From a virus (Duplodnaviria; Caudoviricetes), in the IMG/VR virus record IMGVR_UViG_3300042860_004240, positions 1 through 64,000 of that record: 64,000 nucleotides of DNA. One strand, written 5' to 3'. Below, in pieces: positions 35,918 to 45,617 of this stretch. Both the position numbers and the translations under genes were made by a program. Numbering within the stretch: the stretch's first letter is position 1; the number at the start of each line of letters is the position of its first letter. The notes beneath the pieces were generated by a model. That model was not told where the DNA came from, searched no databases, and was given only the letters and a program-made list of their open reading frames with translations.

Positions 35918-36829
35918 ATGGATAACAAAATTTCTCTTGATGATTCAACTCAATTTATTCAAAGAGACCGGGTTTTTAACATTTGCGATTACAAACAAGC
36001 AAATAAAAAGAATGGTTCTAATATAGATATCCCTTCTGGGTATTCTTATATTTATTATCATTCCCGTGAAAGCGAAGCTATTGATGTCTTTTATAATAAT
36101 GAAAATTTGAATCAGGATTATTCTTATCAAATTTCTTCAATAAAAGAAGATAATTTTTCTACAATCATGAAAGATATCGTCCAGCATTACGAAAAGGCAT
36201 CCCCTAATTCTTTAACTGCTGAGCAAAAGCAGCGGATTCCTTTTACTTTAAGCGTTTTGAATTTCTTGTATAATGAATACACTAATCAGTATGTTTACAT
36301 TATAGACACTAATTTAATAGCTAGTTTTTCTAAAAAAGTTGCTGTTTATTCTGTTTGTAAGTCTTTTAGCAATCCTCAAAATAAGCAATATTCTGATACT
36401 TATCAATACGCTAACGACACCTACGCTAACAATTGTTCTAATAAAAATGTTGTTAAATTGAGCGTTACTGCTGTCGTTCCTTGCGTTTTTGCTAACCAAA
36501 CACAATGTAATTTTTACGAAAAAAATCTTACAGTATTAAAAACTGAATTAATAATTGACAAAATAAACCAAACAGATTCTATATTGTACACTCTTCAAAA
36601 AGAGTACTTTTCAGATAGATCTTTAGTTTATACTATAAAATCAGAACACTCTACTGCTTTGGTGTTTACCCACGATTCTGTATCAACATCAGATTTTGAG
36701 CTGTACGATCAAGAAGCAATAATTGTATTTGATAATTTTATATCAGAAACTGCAAATGCTATTCTTGAATCTTCTCATCTTGCTAATGCTACCGAAACAA
36801 AAAATAGCTATTTGATGAGCTTAATTTAA
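35918..36829 (+). CDS. Hypothetical protein
   Basis: RBS AAGGA; C..C..C motifs. Confidence 0.7.
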   Translation: MDNKISLDDSTQFIQRDRVFNICDYKQANKKNGSNIDIPSGYSYIYYHSRESEAIDVFYNNENLNQDYSYQISSIKEDNFSTIMKDIVQHYEKASPNSLTAEQKQRIPFTLSVLNFLYNEYTNQYVYIIDTNLIASFSKKVAVYSVCKSFSNPQNKQYSDTYQYANDTYANNCSNKNVVKLSVTAVVPCVFANQTQCNFYEKNLTVLKTELIIDKINQTDSILYTLQKEYFSDRSLVYTIKSEHSTALVFTHDSVSTSDFELYDQEAIIVFDNFISETANAILESSHLANATETKNSYLMSLI

Positions 36830-36843
36830 GGAGCTTTATTAAA

Positions 36844-38070
36844 ATGAACAATAAGATTTATCCAAAAATTCCAGTTAACTTTTATCCTGAAAAAGAAACT
36901 AACGAAGAAAACCCTGCTTATGTGAATTCTACTTTGTTGATTAAAAACAAAGAAGTTCATTTACTAAAAGTTCTTAGCTTTTACAGTAAATCTTCTGACC
37001 AACCTCTTGAATTTGAATATGCTAAGTACGCGCTTGCTGATTTCTTTGAAACTGTTCAACAATCTGAATCTATACAAAAGTCATTAAATAACAATGACCG
37101 GTCAGTTCTAAAGAAAATATTTCCAACAGCTACCAGATTTATTACAGAAGATGGTTCTGTTCTTATAGAGCGTCCTCCTTTTCGCCACACTATAGATTTT
37201 ACACCTGTAAAAGCTTCTAAAGTTAACAGAAAATCATCTAAAAAGATTGAGCCTATTACTGTTTGGGTTCCTTGGACTGTTTATAAAATGAACATTAATA
37301 AACAAGGCCATTTTAATATAACAATTCATTTTAATGATTCTTCTATATCTTCATTAAATGATCATATCTTTCCTTCTCTTTTCCCAAATGTTTTTAGCGG
37401 TGGACTAATATGTTTTGGAAGTGAGTCTTCATACAATAGTGAGTTTGTTCAAAACGCTATTAAAGACGACACTTATTCTTACAAAGAATTATTTAATTAT
37501 TTAATTTCCAATTATTACAATGGTGGCTGGAATACTGACATATTGCCAAGTAGTTCTGACATTCCTATGTTTATGATGTTTCAATCTTATGACCGCATTA
37601 AAGCCTTGAATGATCCTAAAGCTTTAGAAATATATTCTAACGCTATGGCAAAGTGTACCCCAGTCAAGCACAAAGATAGCTATATTGCAATGTATCTTAA
37701 CGCTTTAAATATATGGTCTGTTTACTCATTAGAAGATCTTCTTTATTTATACAAGCATTGTGTTGATGCTCACTCTTTGCGACAAATGGTTTCTTTATCT
37801 TCTTTAGTCACTGTCGATATTAACCCACGTGCTTTCCGTTACAACTCAACCGACCTAGACGAGCATTTGCGCAAAATGATGGTAAAGCCCAACTACCATG
37901 CTTACAAACAAGGCGTTACAATTTTGCGTTATGACAGAGACCCAATAACTGGTGAACAGTATCCTTCTTGTGGCAATATACTTCAAGAAAATATGTATAA
38001 AATGTTAGATAATATAATCACGCATGAAGATTCTAAAAAATCATCTGCTACTTTTGAGGAAAAATTATGA
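36844..38070 (+). CDS. Prokaryotic E2-like protein, paralogue 2
   Basis: IERPP..VWVPWTVY..FPNVFSGGLICFG..YYNGGWNTDI. Confidence 0.7.
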   Translation: MNNKIYPKIPVNFYPEKETNEENPAYVNSTLLIKNKEVHLLKVLSFYSKSSDQPLEFEYAKYALADFFETVQQSESIQKSLNNNDRSVLKKIFPTATRFITEDGSVLIERPPFRHTIDFTPVKASKVNRKSSKKIEPITVWVPWTVYKMNINKQGHFNITIHFNDSSISSLNDHIFPSLFPNVFSGGLICFGSESSYNSEFVQNAIKDDTYSYKELFNYLISNYYNGGWNTDILPSSSDIPMFMMFQSYDRIKALNDPKALEIYSNAMAKCTPVKHKDSYIAMYLNALNIWSVYSLEDLLYLYKHCVDAHSLRQMVSLSSLVTVDINPRAFRYNSTDLDEHLRKMMVKPNYHAYKQGVTILRYDRDPITGEQYPSCGNILQENMYKMLDNIITHEDSKKSSATFEEKL

Positions 38071-39326
38071 CAAACAGTGCTTTTGAAATTATGGCAACTT
38101 GCTTTTCTGGTAATAGTTATTTTGAATATAATCAAGAACAACGAAACCAAATTTTTAATACTTTTGTAGGAAACATGGGTCGTTCTAATTCTTTGGATTG
38201 CATTAGCTTTGCTCAGAATTCTATTTACGGACACGCTCAAACTGAAACATTATATTTTGAATCTAGCGAAAACAAAAAGATAATAAATAGTATTATTGGA
38301 GTTGAATCATACAACTCTAGTGGCCTTATCCCTCCTGGTTTAGTTTCTTTGGGAAAAAATATTGTAATCTTTGAGAATCCTCCAACTAGTAAATTGATTA
38401 GCCACCATCCAACTGACCGTGATTCTATAAGCGATGATGATGAACCTGACAGCTACTATATCCCTGTGCCTTGGCAAGTATATGTTTGTGTATTTAATAA
38501 CGAATATAATTTATTAGATACTTATATGTTTTATACCCGCGATGCCATTTCTAAAACAGGTTTTGATCAACAAGTTTATGCTCCTGTTCTTCCTAACTTC
38601 TTTGGCAATGGTCAATTGTGTAGGCCTTTCTATCCTACCCTTGATGATGTCGATAGGTATTCAAAAGATATTTCTGGGGTAATAGCTTCGGCATATGACT
38701 CTATTTGGAATAGCGGTTGGAACTTAGATTTATACGAAACTTTAAACGAATACTTTATTCTATTTAAAGACACTCGTTTAATAAATACTGATACTGGAAT
38801 TACAGATTCTTTTAAAAGAAATTTAAATCCTATTCTTAAAAATTCTTTAGAACTTTTTGAATCTGAACAACAGCAATCTGTTTATGTAGATATCCATCAA
38901 CAAACAAAAACTTTATTTGCAACTCGAGCTAGAAATAACCTTTTGGATACTTATTGCTCTGTAGTTAAAGACCTTACGCTTAATCAAATTTGTTTAGCTC
39001 CTTTTCCATCTCCTTCTTTTGAAAGATATGCAGACAGTGATTCTTTAGACCGTGATGAGTTGCACGAAGAATACATGAATTCTTGCGATGAAGACGAGTA
39101 TTCAGACCAAGGTTGGGAAGAGTATTATTACGAACACAGAAATGCTATGCGTTTTTCTAATAAGCCTTTTGAAGCAGTGCTCAATAAACTTTTGAGTAAT
39201 CTTGATGGGATACTAGGTAGGCAACGAATAGACAATATGCAGACTATGGTTAAAGAAATTAACAATCAAGATATGCATCGTGTAGAAAATGTTCCTGTAT
39301 CTCAAGTTTCTCAAGATCCTTTTTAA
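38067..39326 (+). CDS. Prokaryotic E2-like protein, paralogue 3
   Basis: FENPP..IPVPWQVY..MFY..LPNFFGNGQLC..WNSGWNLDL. Confidence 0.72.
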   Translation: MTNSAFEIMATCFSGNSYFEYNQEQRNQIFNTFVGNMGRSNSLDCISFAQNSIYGHAQTETLYFESSENKKIINSIIGVESYNSSGLIPPGLVSLGKNIVIFENPPTSKLISHHPTDRDSISDDDEPDSYYIPVPWQVYVCVFNNEYNLLDTYMFYTRDAISKTGFDQQVYAPVLPNFFGNGQLCRPFYPTLDDVDRYSKDISGVIASAYDSIWNSGWNLDLYETLNEYFILFKDTRLINTDTGITDSFKRNLNPILKNSLELFESEQQQSVYVDIHQQTKTLFATRARNNLLDTYCSVVKDLTLNQICLAPFPSPSFERYADSDSLDRDELHEEYMNSCDEDEYSDQGWEEYYYEHRNAMRFSNKPFEAVLNKLLSNLDGILGRQRIDNMQTMVKEINNQDMHRVENVPVSQVSQDPF

Positions 39327-39328
39327 AC

Positions 39329-39357
39329 TTGATTTTACTATCTTTTTATGATACTAT
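39329..39357 (+). promoter_or_regulatory. Sigma70-type promoter
   Basis: TTGATT-N17-TACTAT with TG extension. Confidence 0.55.
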
Positions 39358-39392
39358 ATATACTTAGATAAAGTTATCAAAAGGTACTTAAA

Positions 39393-39701
39393 ATGGCAAA
39401 GTTTAATAAAATTAATAAACACCCTTCTTTTTCAAGGTTAGACGTATCTAATATTTTAAATGTTTCTACTTTAACAATTGCTAACAGGGAAAAAAATAAA
39501 AAATACCCTCCATCTAAAAGAGATTTAAATAATTATAGAATTTACTCTTTGAATGATGTTTTCAATTTACAGCTGATAACATATAATCACATAGATCCAA
39601 AACCAATAATATCAATTCTTTACGATAAAGGATATAAAGATCCTAAGATTGTATCTGAAATGATAGACCAAGTCTTATCGAGAAGGAATTCTAATGCCTG
39701 A
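39393..39701 (+). CDS. MerR-family HTH protein
   Basis: DVSNILNVS.LTI.N.E..K.P..KRD.NNYRIYS.NDV. Confidence 0.8.
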   Translation: MAKFNKINKHPSFSRLDVSNILNVSTLTIANREKNKKYPPSKRDLNNYRIYSLNDVFNLQLITYNHIDPKPIISILYDKGYKDPKIVSEMIDQVLSRRNSNA

Positions 39702-39942
39702 CCAAAACAATCAATATGATGACAGCAACTATGCTGATCTAGTAGACCCAATAAATGAATACGTTCATACGGATTCAGTTACTGATTTAAAGTCAGGTAT
39801 CTTTAATTTGTTTAATAATTTATTTCAAACCTTATCTGTTACTAACGGTCCAGTAAAAGCTTTAGAAATATCTTTGCGATACCTTCAAGATATAATAGAT
39901 CATTTTCAAACCGTTTTAACGGAAAATGATAATAATAAATAA
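39694..39942 (+). CDS. Hypothetical protein
   Basis: Overlapping start, RBS AAGGA. Confidence 0.6.
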   Translation: MPDQNNQYDDSNYADLVDPINEYVHTDSVTDLKSGIFNLFNNLFQTLSVTNGPVKALEISLRYLQDIIDHFQTVLTENDNNK

Positions 39943-39973
39943 TAACATACCAAACTAACAGGAGACAAATAAA

Positions 39974-40390
39974 ATGATAGATCCAAGAAACGTAGTTTCA
40001 ATCACAGCTGGTGTCGTAGCTGACCCAGAACTAATCAACGATAAAATAGCAAAGCTTCGCGTAGCAATAGATTATGCTGGCTCAGAAAAAGGTGCTAGCG
40101 CTAGCTCTGGCTATTTTGACATAGTTTACTACCTCAAAGATGGAGACAACTTTAGTTCAAAGAATGCTAAGTTTGTTCACACTCAAATAGTAGACAAGAA
40201 GATGAAGAAAGGTTCGCAGATCCAGCTTATTGGCCGTTTGGTCCAAGAACGTTGGCAGCAAGAAGATGTCAATCGTTCACGCGTTGTCATCGTTGCAGAA
40301 TCAGTATCTTATGTAGGTTCAGCTGCCCCTAAAACAGCAGAAAAATCAGATTCTTCTGCAGAATCAAAGTTCATCCCTGATTCGTTTTAA
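39974..40390 (+). CDS. ssb: Single-stranded DNA-binding protein
   Basis: N.V.I...DPEL..KKGSQIQLIGRLVQERWQ..RSRVVIVAE; tail IPDSF. Confidence 0.88.
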   Translation: MIDPRNVVSITAGVVADPELINDKIAKLRVAIDYAGSEKGASASSGYFDIVYYLKDGDNFSSKNAKFVHTQIVDKKMKKGSQIQLIGRLVQERWQQEDVNRSRVVIVAESVSYVGSAAPKTAEKSDSSAESKFIPDSF

Positions 40391-40420
40391 CGAACTCTAT
40401 AGTGTAAACTAAGCACTATT

Positions 40421-41164
40421 ATGAACGTTGAAGATTATTCCGAACAAGAAATAACGGATTTAATCGCATCTGCTTTATCACTTGACGGGAGTAATAAACT
40501 ATTCCCGTCAAGTGGAATGCATTTGGGGTTTGCTGAAAGTTCTTTGTTTGAACTTTTGGCTAACAAGCTAGAGAACAAGTTTGCTCACTCTGAGTTAAAT
40601 TCTTTTTTGCAAGAGCTACGAGATGATTTGCTTTCTAACAAAGTTCCTTATGATATTAAGAATTTACATACTCAAGTAATTAATTGCAGAAAATGTAAAA
40701 ACTTTACCCCTAATCCAGTTCTTCCTATGTGGAACAATCAAAATCCAGATATAGTATTTGTATTAGATTACCCTATCTACAACAAAGAAGTTGCCGAGTT
40801 CTTTTTAGATACTTTAAAGTCTTCTAATTTTTCTTCGGAAAAGATTTGCTTAACCTATGTTAATAGGTGTTCTTATCCTAAAAGAAAATTTGAGAGTCAA
40901 GAAATATTTAATTGCTCACCGTATTTACATACTGAAATTCAATTGCTAAATCCAAAAGCTATAGTTTGCCTTGGGTCAGTTGCTGCTTCAGCTGTATTTG
41001 GTTTAGAAGTTACAATTAAAGATTATAGATCAAAACCTAATTGGCTTGGTTCTTGGCCAATTTTTGTTACCTATTCACCACTGCATATATCAAAATCAAG
41101 CTCTCATTTAGAAGACAGCTTTGCATCTGATATGATGTATGTTCATGATTATATTTATAAATAG
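40421..41164 (+). CDS. Uracil-DNA glycosylase family 4-like (degenerate)
   Basis: C..C, TYVNRC, CSPYL..EI.LLNPK.IVCLG..A, TYSP. Confidence 0.8.
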   Translation: MNVEDYSEQEITDLIASALSLDGSNKLFPSSGMHLGFAESSLFELLANKLENKFAHSELNSFLQELRDDLLSNKVPYDIKNLHTQVINCRKCKNFTPNPVLPMWNNQNPDIVFVLDYPIYNKEVAEFFLDTLKSSNFSSEKICLTYVNRCSYPKRKFESQEIFNCSPYLHTEIQLLNPKAIVCLGSVAASAVFGLEVTIKDYRSKPNWLGSWPIFVTYSPLHISKSSSHLEDSFASDMMYVHDYIYK

Positions 41165-41175
41165 AAAAGGACATT

Positions 41176-41565
41176 ATGTCTAACGAAAACTACATTCAAC
41201 AAATTAATGAAAATGATCCTAACTTTGAAGCTTTTAAGCAGATTGTTTTAAAAGACGTTAGAAATGAATCTTCCGAAGAGGAAAAACAGTATCTATCAGA
41301 AAACTTAGACATTTGGTTATACTTTTTGCAAATCACAAAAAAAGATGTTGAATTTCAACTTGCTTCTCAAAAAGCAAAAGATAAGATTTCTTTTAAAGAA
41401 ATTAAATTACACAATCCTGAAGAGTCTGTTATAATAGGACTCATGCAAAAACAAGATAAGTGGAGAATGGGTGCTTTAAGATTCCTCACTGCTATAGAAA
41501 AAAAGATGCTGTTTGTAAAAATGCAGCTCAAGAATATACAACTTTTTGAAAGTGGAGCTGAATAA
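41176..41565 (+). CDS. Hypothetical protein
   Basis: RBS AAAGGA. Confidence 0.75.
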   Translation: MSNENYIQQINENDPNFEAFKQIVLKDVRNESSEEEKQYLSENLDIWLYFLQITKKDVEFQLASQKAKDKISFKEIKLHNPEESVIIGLMQKQDKWRMGALRFLTAIEKKMLFVKMQLKNIQLFESGAE

Positions 41566-41570
41566 AGCAA

Positions 41571-42065
41571 ATGTTTGGGTGTACTTCTAAATCAATAACT
41601 GCTTTAAAAACTGAATGGAACGAAGAAAAATCTTATTCTTTTTTAAACTTTTTTATCACTTATCAAAACTGGTGCACTTACTCTACTAAAAAACTTTCTC
41701 ATTCTGAAGTTCTTGTTCTATCTGACTTGTTTTGTTTGTCTCATGGTAAGGTAGCCCCAAAACAAGATTCTGAACTTTCTTTTTGGTCAGTTCATCCTAT
41801 GAATATATTTAGATTTAAACTGTTAGATAACTTAGATTTTTCTGTTCTAAATTATCCAGACCCAGCTTATGACAAGCCCGGCTATATTGTAGAAGGCTGT
41901 TATTGGGTTAATGGTTTTATGTATCAAGTTTTAGAAGAAGACTCTAAAAACATCCTAGAATTAAATTTACTAATTGACAAACCGACTCAACAGATATATG
42001 ATTACCCTAATACCTTTATTTTAATCAACGATTTAATCAACGAATATATTACACTGCCTTCGTAG
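41571..42065 (+). CDS. Hypothetical protein
   Basis: ORF; last 10 nt overlap tRNA-Arg. Confidence 0.65.
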   Translation: MFGCTSKSITALKTEWNEEKSYSFLNFFITYQNWCTYSTKKLSHSEVLVLSDLFCLSHGKVAPKQDSELSFWSVHPMNIFRFKLLDNLDFSVLNYPDPAYDKPGYIVEGCYWVNGFMYQVLEEDSKNILELNLLIDKPTQQIYDYPNTFILINDLINEYITLPS

Positions 42066-42129
42066 CTCAGTTGGATAGAGCAACGGACTTCTAATCCGCA
42101 GGTCGTATGTTCGAATCATACCGAAGGCG
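42056..42129 (+). tRNA. tRNA-Arg(UCU)
   Basis: GCCTTCG/CGAAGGC acceptor, TAGCTCAGTTGGATAGAGC D arm, CGGA-CTTCTAA-TCCG, GTTCGAATC. Confidence 0.93.
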
Positions 42130-42321
42130 CTATGAACATAGAAAACATAGAAAATCCAGAAGAAATTCCAGAAACACCAGAACAAACATTTACAGAACGC
42201 CTAGAAGAATCTCTAGACTTTGTAGTAAATATGATGAATTCTGGGCAGCTAAATCCCGAAGATGTTTACCCTCCCGGTAGATACTCTGGGGATTAATTGC
42301 TAGATTTTATTTTAACAAGTT

Positions 42322-42383
42322 TGTCACAAGGGACCAGGTCTTTTTCGGGACTCCTTTCAACTGGTCTCTTGTGACATTTTTTT
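42322..42383 (+). ncRNA. Hairpin/terminator with anti-SD-like loop
   Basis: 16-bp stem, inner GTCTT/GGGAC hairpin, exposed TCCTTTC, then T-run. Confidence 0.5.
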
Positions 42384-42539
42384 ATAGAAAGATATTATGG
42401 AAAACTCAATAGATCATTTTATATTAATCTTTCTATCGTGCTATATTTTGCTGATAGACAAAACGCCAGTTGCTTACGCAATTGGTTTGCTCGCATTACG
42501 TAGCACTTACATATTGTATCAAGACAGAAAGAAGCAGAA

Positions 42540-42863
42540 GTGAAAGATAAAATTACAAAAGACAATACAATTACTTATACCTCAGTTGACGCTAGTTCTT
42601 TTATCACGCATGCTACCTATAGCGTCAAAGATTCCATTTTAATAGTTAACTTTAAATCTAATTCTGCTTGGGCTTATGACAAAGTCCCACAATTAGAGTT
42701 TGTAAAAATGGTTGCTGCTAAGTCTGTTGGTTCTTATTTTAATAAGAATATAAGAAACAAATACCATGGTGTCCAATTACTTGCTTCTACAGATGATGGT
42801 TTGGTTGTTAAGTCCGACGCGCACTCTGACTTATTGAAACTTAAAGAAATTAAAGCAACATGA
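42540..42863 (+). CDS. KTSC domain protein
   Basis: V..SSFI....Y...L.V.F....Y..VP....A.SVGSYFNKNIRNKY. Confidence 0.85.
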   Translation: MKDKITKDNTITYTSVDASSFITHATYSVKDSILIVNFKSNSAWAYDKVPQLEFVKMVAAKSVGSYFNKNIRNKYHGVQLLASTDDGLVVKSDAHSDLLKLKEIKAT

Positions 42864-43020
42864 GTAAAAAGAAAAATAAAAAGAATCGATATAACAACAA
42901 TTACAACTACTACAGTGCCCCTAAAAAAAACACTAGCTTTTCTACTTCTACAGCTAAAGAAGTTAACGATCTTGCTTTAAATGTTTTTGGCTCATTACAA
43001 ATTTCAGCTAAGGAGATATC

Positions 43021-43551
43021 ATGAACGATGATGTTGATATTGACATTATAAAATTAATTGACAAAGAAATAGCAAAACTATCTTTAACAGATAAGTACTG
43101 TTACGCACTCGGCGCTGATTTGAACAAGCTAGAAGGTGAAATTCAATCTATCGAATTATATGAGATAGAAAAAAGTGAAGATGTTTATGGTCTTCTAGAA
43201 GGTGCTAAGCTAAGAACTTCTACTGAATTTTACGATGTTATTATTGTCATCACTTCTGGTTGGGCTGCTCCAATAGAAGACGATTCTCTTAGCGAAGACA
43301 ATGTGCCTCCAAGCAAGCATCCTGGTAGAAGACGAGTTGAGCTTCATATAGCTTTAGACAAAAATTCTTCTATGGCTTGTTCTATCCTTTTTATGGAAGA
43401 AGGCAAAGTGGTTAACACTGAGTACGATACTACCGGCACCGGACCTTTAGCCGATGCGGTTAGAAGTATTCACCCCAATAATTTAAAATCTGATAAAACT
43501 TTACTTACCAAAGGGACTGATAAAATTGTTGACTTTAAAGACCCTTTTTAA
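43021..43551 (+). CDS. Hypothetical protein
   Basis: RBS AAGGAG; GWAAP..PPSKHP.RRRV..G.LADA. Confidence 0.75.
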   Translation: MNDDVDIDIIKLIDKEIAKLSLTDKYCYALGADLNKLEGEIQSIELYEIEKSEDVYGLLEGAKLRTSTEFYDVIIVITSGWAAPIEDDSLSEDNVPPSKHPGRRRVELHIALDKNSSMACSILFMEEGKVVNTEYDTTGTGPLADAVRSIHPNNLKSDKTLLTKGTDKIVDFKDPF

Positions 43552-43765
43552 AAAAAAGAATAAAGTTATAAAAGATGAAAAAAAGCCTGACGTATACTTT
43601 GTTCAATACGCTAGATATGGAGCTCCTAACGTCCAGTGGGGACCCTTTTACGACCTTCAGGACGCTATAGCATGGTGCTCGTATAACCTAGTAGTTCACG
43701 GTATTAACGCAGATATTCTTTTTGCTAAACATCCTGAATCCGACCCAAAGTATTGGTTTATTTAA
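43526..43765 (+). CDS. Hypothetical protein
   Basis: ORF in run. Confidence 0.5.
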   Translation: MLTLKTLFKKKNKVIKDEKKPDVYFVQYARYGAPNVQWGPFYDLQDAIAWCSYNLVVHGINADILFAKHPESDPKYWFI

Positions 43766-43832
43766 TATTCTAAAACTTACCTTTTCTAGCTCTAATCTGT
43801 TATAATATTTCTTGGTTCTAAGGAGAAATGTT

Positions 43833-44447
43833 ATGACAACCATAGTTGCAATACAAGGTGACAGTTTTGCTGTAGTAGCAGTTGATTCTAGAATTTCAGC
43901 CATGGAATCAGACGGCTTTGCTACGATATCTACTTTAGGGGAAAACAGCGGTAAAGTAGCTGTAAATGGTAAATACCTTTTAGGTGCAGCTGGGGATGTA
44001 AGAGCTATAAATATTTTACATCATGCTTTTATTCCTCCTACTCCTCCTTCTGGATTAAAGGGTAAAAAGTTAGACCAATTTTTTACTGTTAAATTTATTC
44101 CTGCTTTGCGCGATTGCTTTGAAAAGCAAGGATATGCTTCTCCTGACAATAATGAAGACAAGCAGCACATTGCAGAACAGGCTTCTACTATTTTAGCTGT
44201 TGTATCTGGCACTGTTTACGTAGTCGATTCAGACTATGCTTGGTCTTCTGATAGCAACGGAATATATGCTTTGGGTTCCGGCAGTGCTTATGCCCTTGGT
44301 GCACTTACTGCCTTAACTGCAGGGAAGAAAATACAAACAGTTTCACAAGCTAAGTCTTTGGCTTTGAAAGCTTTGGCTGTGTCTGCTAAATTTGATCCTT
44401 ACACTGGCCCTCCATTTAGGACTCATGTTCAAGATTTTTCTAAGTAA
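43833..44447 (+). CDS. Proteasome-beta/HslV-like Ntn threonine hydrolase
   Basis: M-TTIVAI..VAVDSR..KV..LGAAG..ALGSGS.YALGAL..D.YTG; ATG 43833 after AAGGAG. Confidence 0.88.
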   Translation: MTTIVAIQGDSFAVVAVDSRISAMESDGFATISTLGENSGKVAVNGKYLLGAAGDVRAINILHHAFIPPTPPSGLKGKKLDQFFTVKFIPALRDCFEKQGYASPDNNEDKQHIAEQASTILAVVSGTVYVVDSDYAWSSDSNGIYALGSGSAYALGALTALTAGKKIQTVSQAKSLALKALAVSAKFDPYTGPPFRTHVQDFSK

Positions 44448-44517
44448 TCTTTATTTAGACTAAAAAAAATTTTAAAGCTATCAGATAATTTTTATTAACC
44501 ACAAAATTTGGAGAACA

Positions 44518-45087
44518 ATGCGCGCTAAACAAAAGACTACTTATTCTATGAAAAATCCTACGCCTCAATTGTCTGGAGACGTAAACAAATGGTTTAAAGA
44601 AGAATATCAACACCTTGCAGACACTCTTTGTGGTGGAGACAAGTTTGCTGTTACCAAAATAGCTAAAGAAGAACAGCTTTATTTATCAGAATACTTAAGA
44701 GCTATCTATGTTTTACAGACAACTAATAGCTTTGCTGAGTTGTCTAAGTACTCTATAAGTTACAATGTATATAAAGATATTTTGGTAAATTATAAACAAG
44801 TTGATTTATCTTCTTCTACAGAAGAAGATATTGTTTTAAATTTAAAGCCAAAGTTTAAATCTAAGCGCCAAGATAAATACGAAGAAGTTATCCAATGGTG
44901 CAAAGACAACGCAGGTAAGAAAGTTAAAGTAAAAGATGTATCCGATTTAGTAGAATGGTCTTATCCTACTGCTAACACTTTTGTCCAATCACGCCCAGAT
45001 CTTTTCTCAAAGTTTTCTCATGGGGTTTATTTGTTAAAGAACCCAGATGAAGAAAGAATGAAAGAAAAAAAAAGCTTAAAGAATTAG
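44518..45087 (+). CDS. Protein with C-terminal winged HTH
   Basis: KVKVKDVSDLVEWSYPTA..RPDLF....GVY; resembles 9025..9273. Confidence 0.65.
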   Translation: MRAKQKTTYSMKNPTPQLSGDVNKWFKEEYQHLADTLCGGDKFAVTKIAKEEQLYLSEYLRAIYVLQTTNSFAELSKYSISYNVYKDILVNYKQVDLSSSTEEDIVLNLKPKFKSKRQDKYEEVIQWCKDNAGKKVKVKDVSDLVEWSYPTANTFVQSRPDLFSKFSHGVYLLKNPDEERMKEKKSLKN

Positions 45088-45097
45088 GAGATTAAAA

Positions 45098-45541
45098 ATG
45101 ATTTTTGAAAACGAACAAACAACAATTTTTTCTGTTTTGATAGAAAACAATGACCAATATTACGATGTAGCAGACTTAGAAGAAAATCCATATATTTATA
45201 AGATTTTAAGATCTTACGACAATGGATTAACTTGGAGCCATTTAGCTACAATGAAAGCTTCTGATTTAGAAGAAGCTCATGATACTGTCGATTTGCTCAA
45301 CGCTGGAGCACGAAAAAATAATTCTTTTAAAGATAACACTCCAACAAACATTTTTGGCAATGAGGTTAAACAATCAGACAAAAAATATCCCCATAACCAT
45401 AGAACAAGTAATGGTTATGATGTTTTTATAGAAGCAGCACAGAAGTTTAAGAACGATTCTAATTATTATATTAAATATAAGAATGAAATAGATTCTGTTA
45501 TAAACCAATCTATAGACCCTGAAGACGACGACATAAGATGA
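45098..45541 (+). CDS. Hypothetical protein
   Basis: RBS AGGAG. Confidence 0.65.
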   Translation: MIFENEQTTIFSVLIENNDQYYDVADLEENPYIYKILRSYDNGLTWSHLATMKASDLEEAHDTVDLLNAGARKNNSFKDNTPTNIFGNEVKQSDKKYPHNHRTSNGYDVFIEAAQKFKNDSNYYIKYKNEIDSVINQSIDPEDDDIR

Positions 45542-45617
45542 ACCCAGATAAGTTTTTTTTATATAGTATTTTTGGTTTAATATCTGTTTCTTTTATTTTA
45601 GGAGTTTTGAGTTTATT

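Noticed and set aside
42020-42042. Tandem TTTAATCAACG duplication
   Set aside because: Two short copies inside a CDS (LINDLINE); no evidence of function.
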